This document shows positions 60,733 to 64,000 of a DNA stretch of 64,000 nucleotides, in pieces (position 1 is the first letter of the stretch; the number at the start of each line of letters is the position of its first letter). The translations under genes were made by a program, and so were the position numbers. The notes under the pieces are model-generated. The model made no database searches. It worked only from the letters and a program-made list of their open reading frames with translations, and was not told the origin of the DNA. Source of the DNA: Acidobacteriota bacterium (lineage in GTDB: Bacteria > Acidobacteriota > UBA6911); assembly GCA_963664705.1 (NCBI GenBank), contig OY761556.1, positions 2,784,001 to 2,848,000 on the forward strand. Reading direction: 5' to 3'.

Positions 60733-62367
60733 TTAAACGGCAGGTTCTTCCACCGGTACAGGTTGCTTTTGCTTGTCTTCAGCAGCGGCCTCCATGGAAA
60801 TCTCCGGAACACGGAGAATGAGCAGAAATGCAATCAGCATTGTAATAGCCCCGAGCAGAAACACGCTCTTCAGACCGGCAGCCATGGCGCTTCGGATCGC
60901 ATCCACCGTCTGCTCGAACAGCTCATTCCCCGCCCCTCCCGCCTTCCTGAAAGTCATTTCGAGCGTCTTCATCGCGGAGGGAGAGAGCAGGACCTTCGGA
61001 TCGCCCAGCGCGGCTATGGTGGCCTTGTCCGCGAACTGGCCCAATTCAGCCGGGAGCGACACCGCCAGTTTTTGAGCATAGGCCATATTATTTACGGACC
61101 CGAGAACGGCCGGCGCTATTGCAGTGCCCATCTGAAGATTAAAAAAGATCGCGCCCATGGCAACGCCCAGCAGTCTCTTGGGAACGGCATATTGAACCAC
61201 AAGCGTATTAATGGTCGGTATTGCGCCCAATCCAAAACCGGACACGGCAGCGGCAAGGAAACCTACGTATTGCGGAGTCTCTGCATCAAAAAAGATGATA
61301 GATGTGGTGACTATGGTGAGAAGTCCATAGCCGCAGACATACATCCACTTATACCTTTTCCACTTGGCCAGGGCAAACCCGGTTGGCACGCCAATAAAGG
61401 CCATCAGCACGGTATAGGGAGTAATGATGTGGCCGCTTCTCGTCGCACTGAGCCCCTGTACTCCCTGAAGAAACATCGGGTAGTACATCATCATCGCCGA
61501 CAGCCCGAAAAATGAGAGCATGCCCGCAGTGGCTACAAGGAGAAACGTCCGGTTGCGAAACACCTGGGGATCCATGATCGGTTCCGACGCCGTCCCTTCT
61601 GCACGGAAAAACAACACCCAGAAAATCAGTGCCGTGCCGAGCAGTCCGATGACCGGAAATGATCCCCACGGATAGGTTGTTCCTGCAAAAGATAAGCCAA
61701 TAATCGTCGCCGATGAGGCAATGGCAACAAGGATGGCCCCGCGAATGTCAATTTTGCGCCCGGCCTTTTTCTCAGTCTTTGGAATGCCTGCGGGAACAAG
61801 AAAAAGGCTCGCAATCAACAGCGGCACGCCCATCCAATACAGGTGACGCCAGCTATGATTATCGACGAACCATCCCCCCAGCGTGGGCCCAAACAAAGCC
61901 AGGATTCCGGTCGGTATATTGAGAAGCCCCACCCACTTGCTCCGCTTGCCAGGATCGGCAAACATATCGCCAAGCACCGAATAAACCAGAGGAAGAAGCG
62001 CACCCGACCCAAAACGCGCGAGCGTGTTGGCGGCAATCAGAAACGGAAACGTGGTGCTTATCGCACTCAGGATTGTTCCCGCCAGGTAAATGACCATTGA
62101 GATCAGAATGATAATTCGCCGGCCATACATATCTGAGAATTTGCTGAAGAGCAGGGTTACAAACGCAGCTGCCAGTCCGGGGATGGAGAGCGACCAGGAA
62201 TACCATGCCATTCCATTCAGGTCGGCTGCCATTCTCGGCCGGGCAATGCCGAGCGTTTGAATAAAGAAACTCATTGCGAAGGTCAACGCGAAAATCGTAA
62301 CTAACCCAAGGACAATCTGCCTGTGGCCAAATGCAGATTCCGACGCGGGCGGCGTAGGCTGTGGCAT
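60733..62367 (-). CDS. MFS transporter, 14-TM DHA2-like
   Basis: AGGAG SD before ATG 62367. KFSDMYGRR, GPTLGGWFVD..SWR, EPIM..F.NR, FLQGVQG.SAT.SG. Confidence 0.88.
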   Translation of the reverse strand: MPQPTPPASESAFGHRQIVLGLVTIFALTFAMSFFIQTLGIARPRMAADLNGMAWYSWSLSIPGLAAAFVTLLFSKFSDMYGRRIIILISMVIYLAGTILSAISTTFPFLIAANTLARFGSGALLPLVYSVLGDMFADPGKRSKWVGLLNIPTGILALFGPTLGGWFVDNHSWRHLYWMGVPLLIASLFLVPAGIPKTEKKAGRKIDIRGAILVAIASSATIIGLSFAGTTYPWGSFPVIGLLGTALIFWVLFFRAEGTASEPIMDPQVFRNRTFLLVATAGMLSFFGLSAMMMYYPMFLQGVQGLSATRSGHIITPYTVLMAFIGVPTGFALAKWKRYKWMYVCGYGLLTIVTTSIIFFDAETPQYVGFLAAAVSGFGLGAIPTINTLVVQYAVPKRLLGVAMGAIFFNLQMGTAIAPAVLGSVNNMAYAQKLAVSLPAELGQFADKATIAALGDPKVLLSPSAMKTLEMTFRKAGGAGNELFEQTVDAIRSAMAAGLKSVFLLGAITMLIAFLLILRVPEISMEAAAEDKQKQPVPVEEPAV

Positions 62368-62435
62368 GCTTAGCTCCTGTTTTGGGAAAACGGTTGCAGC
62401 CTTTGTCTCATCAGTGAGTGCCCTGCCGCAACAAA

Positions 62436-62510
62436 AAAACGCCACAAATCGTACAAATTTCACAAATGCCGGTTCGGGCTTTGTGGAATTCATACCATTC
62501 GTGGCGTTTT
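62436..62510. repeat. REP-like palindrome (degenerate GCCACGAATT-type)
   Basis: aaaacgccacaaatcgtacaaatttcacaaa / tttgtggaattcataccattcgtggcgtttt, 31-bp imperfect stem. Confidence 0.8.
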
Positions 62511-62532
62511 AAACAATCGGCTAAAATCAACC

Positions 62533-63918
62533 CTACTTCTTGTACCAGCCGTCTTCCTTGATCGCAGCAAGAATTGCCCGAAGGTTTTCCAGCTTGGGGT
62601 TATCGGCCACTGCGCCGGCTGACATGATATATCCGCCGCCGGGAGCGCAATCCTCAATCAGCTTTTTGCAATAGTCCTTTGTTGCTTCCGGAGTCCCCGT
62701 AACAATAAGCGAGGATGGAATGTTGCCTTGAATCGCGCACTTGCTGCCGAGGATTTTCTTTGCCTTCGCCATATCGGTTTTGTCGAAGTACCAGCAGACC
62801 GTGCCCTTTTCAAATTCATTGACCGTTTCCAGTCTCGAGTTGTATCCGCCCTCGGCAAACATGTTCTGAATGAGCCCTTCCTTGATCAGCGCATCCATAA
62901 CCTTCTTCAACGACGGCCAGTAGAAGGTCTCGAACTGCTTCTGGGACATCCATCCGTCCGCCCCTTTGTGCAAGGGATAGGTCACCATAAAAATGTTCTG
63001 TACGCTCGGGGAGGAGAGGATCGACTTGATTGTAAAATCAGCGACCACATCGCATGCTTCCAGCAATTTCTCCGGACGACGGTACATATCTTTCAGGATC
63101 GGCGCTGTCCCGCGCAGAGTATCCCCGATCGTGTCGAACGGGGCTTTACAGAAGGCTCCGAAGGCGACAGGATAGCCGTTAGACATCCCCGATGGCCCGG
63201 AAGAAGCCATGGCTTTGAAGTATGACTGATATTCCTTGCCGACATCCATCAGCGTCTGCAGCATCTTCTGCCCTTCAGGCGTGGCAAATGGCGCGAACTG
63301 ACCCATGTTCACGATTTCAACCAAGTCCGTTGCGGGCCGGAACATCTGCATCGGCTCCAATGCGCCAAATACGCGAGGCAGATATTTCCGCATGAAGAAA
63401 TCTGAAGGATCCAGGATAAGGTCATCATATTCCTCCGCCTTCATATACTCGGCTTCCATGAACTGCACGGAACTGACATTCTCACCCAGGTTGTGGCCCG
63501 GCCAGGAATACAGCCGGTAGTCCAGCATCTCCATGACTCGGCCGGGTGTAATCCACGGGCTCGTCCAGTGCTCCAGTTCTTCTGAATATTCCTCGTTGAA
63601 TTTCCTGCAGGCGGCTATTGCTTTGTCGTAATCATACAGGGCTGTGCGGTAGTTGATGCCGTATTGAATGTACGGCAGGTTCCCCACCGGAAGGATCAAG
63701 GGCACACGATCCGGCACCTGCACGTTGTAGACATCCACAAGTCTTTGTGCCCTGACTTTGTAATCGTTTTTCGCCTTTTCGCTTACAAATTGAATGCTCT
63801 TCGGATTGAGGAAATTATTCAGTCTCCACGCCCGCTTCTGCTCAGACGTGAGCTGTGCCCAATCGCCAGGCAAGCCTGCCTGCTGCTGATTCGCGACAGC
63901 GCCCAAAAGCGATCCCAT
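62533..63918 (-). CDS. Uroporphyrinogen decarboxylase-fold protein (putative corrinoid methyltransferase)
   Basis: PDRVP, PFD...D.LRG...DMYRRPEKL, MS.KQFE.FYWP.LK, GN.P..L..GT, PGGGYI, ENL.A. AGGAG SD. Confidence 0.85.
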   Translation of the reverse strand: MGSLLGAVANQQQAGLPGDWAQLTSEQKRAWRLNNFLNPKSIQFVSEKAKNDYKVRAQRLVDVYNVQVPDRVPLILPVGNLPYIQYGINYRTALYDYDKAIAACRKFNEEYSEELEHWTSPWITPGRVMEMLDYRLYSWPGHNLGENVSSVQFMEAEYMKAEEYDDLILDPSDFFMRKYLPRVFGALEPMQMFRPATDLVEIVNMGQFAPFATPEGQKMLQTLMDVGKEYQSYFKAMASSGPSGMSNGYPVAFGAFCKAPFDTIGDTLRGTAPILKDMYRRPEKLLEACDVVADFTIKSILSSPSVQNIFMVTYPLHKGADGWMSQKQFETFYWPSLKKVMDALIKEGLIQNMFAEGGYNSRLETVNEFEKGTVCWYFDKTDMAKAKKILGSKCAIQGNIPSSLIVTGTPEATKDYCKKLIEDCAPGGGYIMSAGAVADNPKLENLRAILAAIKEDGWYKK

Positions 63919-64000
63919 AGATTTCTCCTGTTGAATGAAGCAATTGTTTAATCAGCCGGCTATGTCGATAATTGGCTTTATCGGGCGATTATATCACCGA

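Noticed and set aside
62368-62493. N-terminal extension (FVKFVRFVAFF) of the DHA2-like MFS ORF
   Set aside because: It is a translation of the REP-like palindrome. A good SD precedes ATG 62367.

Overview
Gene-dense bacterial chromosomal segment with about 50 CDS and no rRNA, tRNA, transposase, prophage or CRISPR array that I can see. The Oar-like TonB-dependent receptor, secreted VOC proteins and many CAZymes suggest an Acidobacteriota-like heterotroph (inference). Contents: plant-glycan enzymes (two GH3-PA14, GH10, GH43, carboxylesterase, CBM9-like), five MFS transporters, signalling genes (CHASE2 cyclase with M48 peptidase, ECF sigma with ZAS anti-sigma, HDOD, REC-PAS-GGDEF-EAL), B12/methyl-transfer genes (split MetH domains, B12 radical SAM, UroD-fold protein), a divergent EF-G paralogue and a split-transketolase operon. 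Best candidate for a new system is 42425-46802: a DUF2946-like leader (signal peptide, CxxC, C-terminal RGPP arrest motif) whose stall-site codons can pair with the Shine-Dalgarno of the next gene. It precedes an outer-membrane protein, a ZnuA-like binding protein and a ZnuB-like permease fused to HEAT-like repeats, with no ATPase gene. Second candidate: a MerR gene with a 19-bp-spacer promoter and an internal SD plus in-frame ATG, which suggests a TipAS-like second product. Intergenic DNA carries two dispersed repeat families (9-bp-period REP-like palindromes and heptamer arrays) and a recurring TTACAC-N4-GTGTAA dyad. All family calls come from motif recognition, not database searches.
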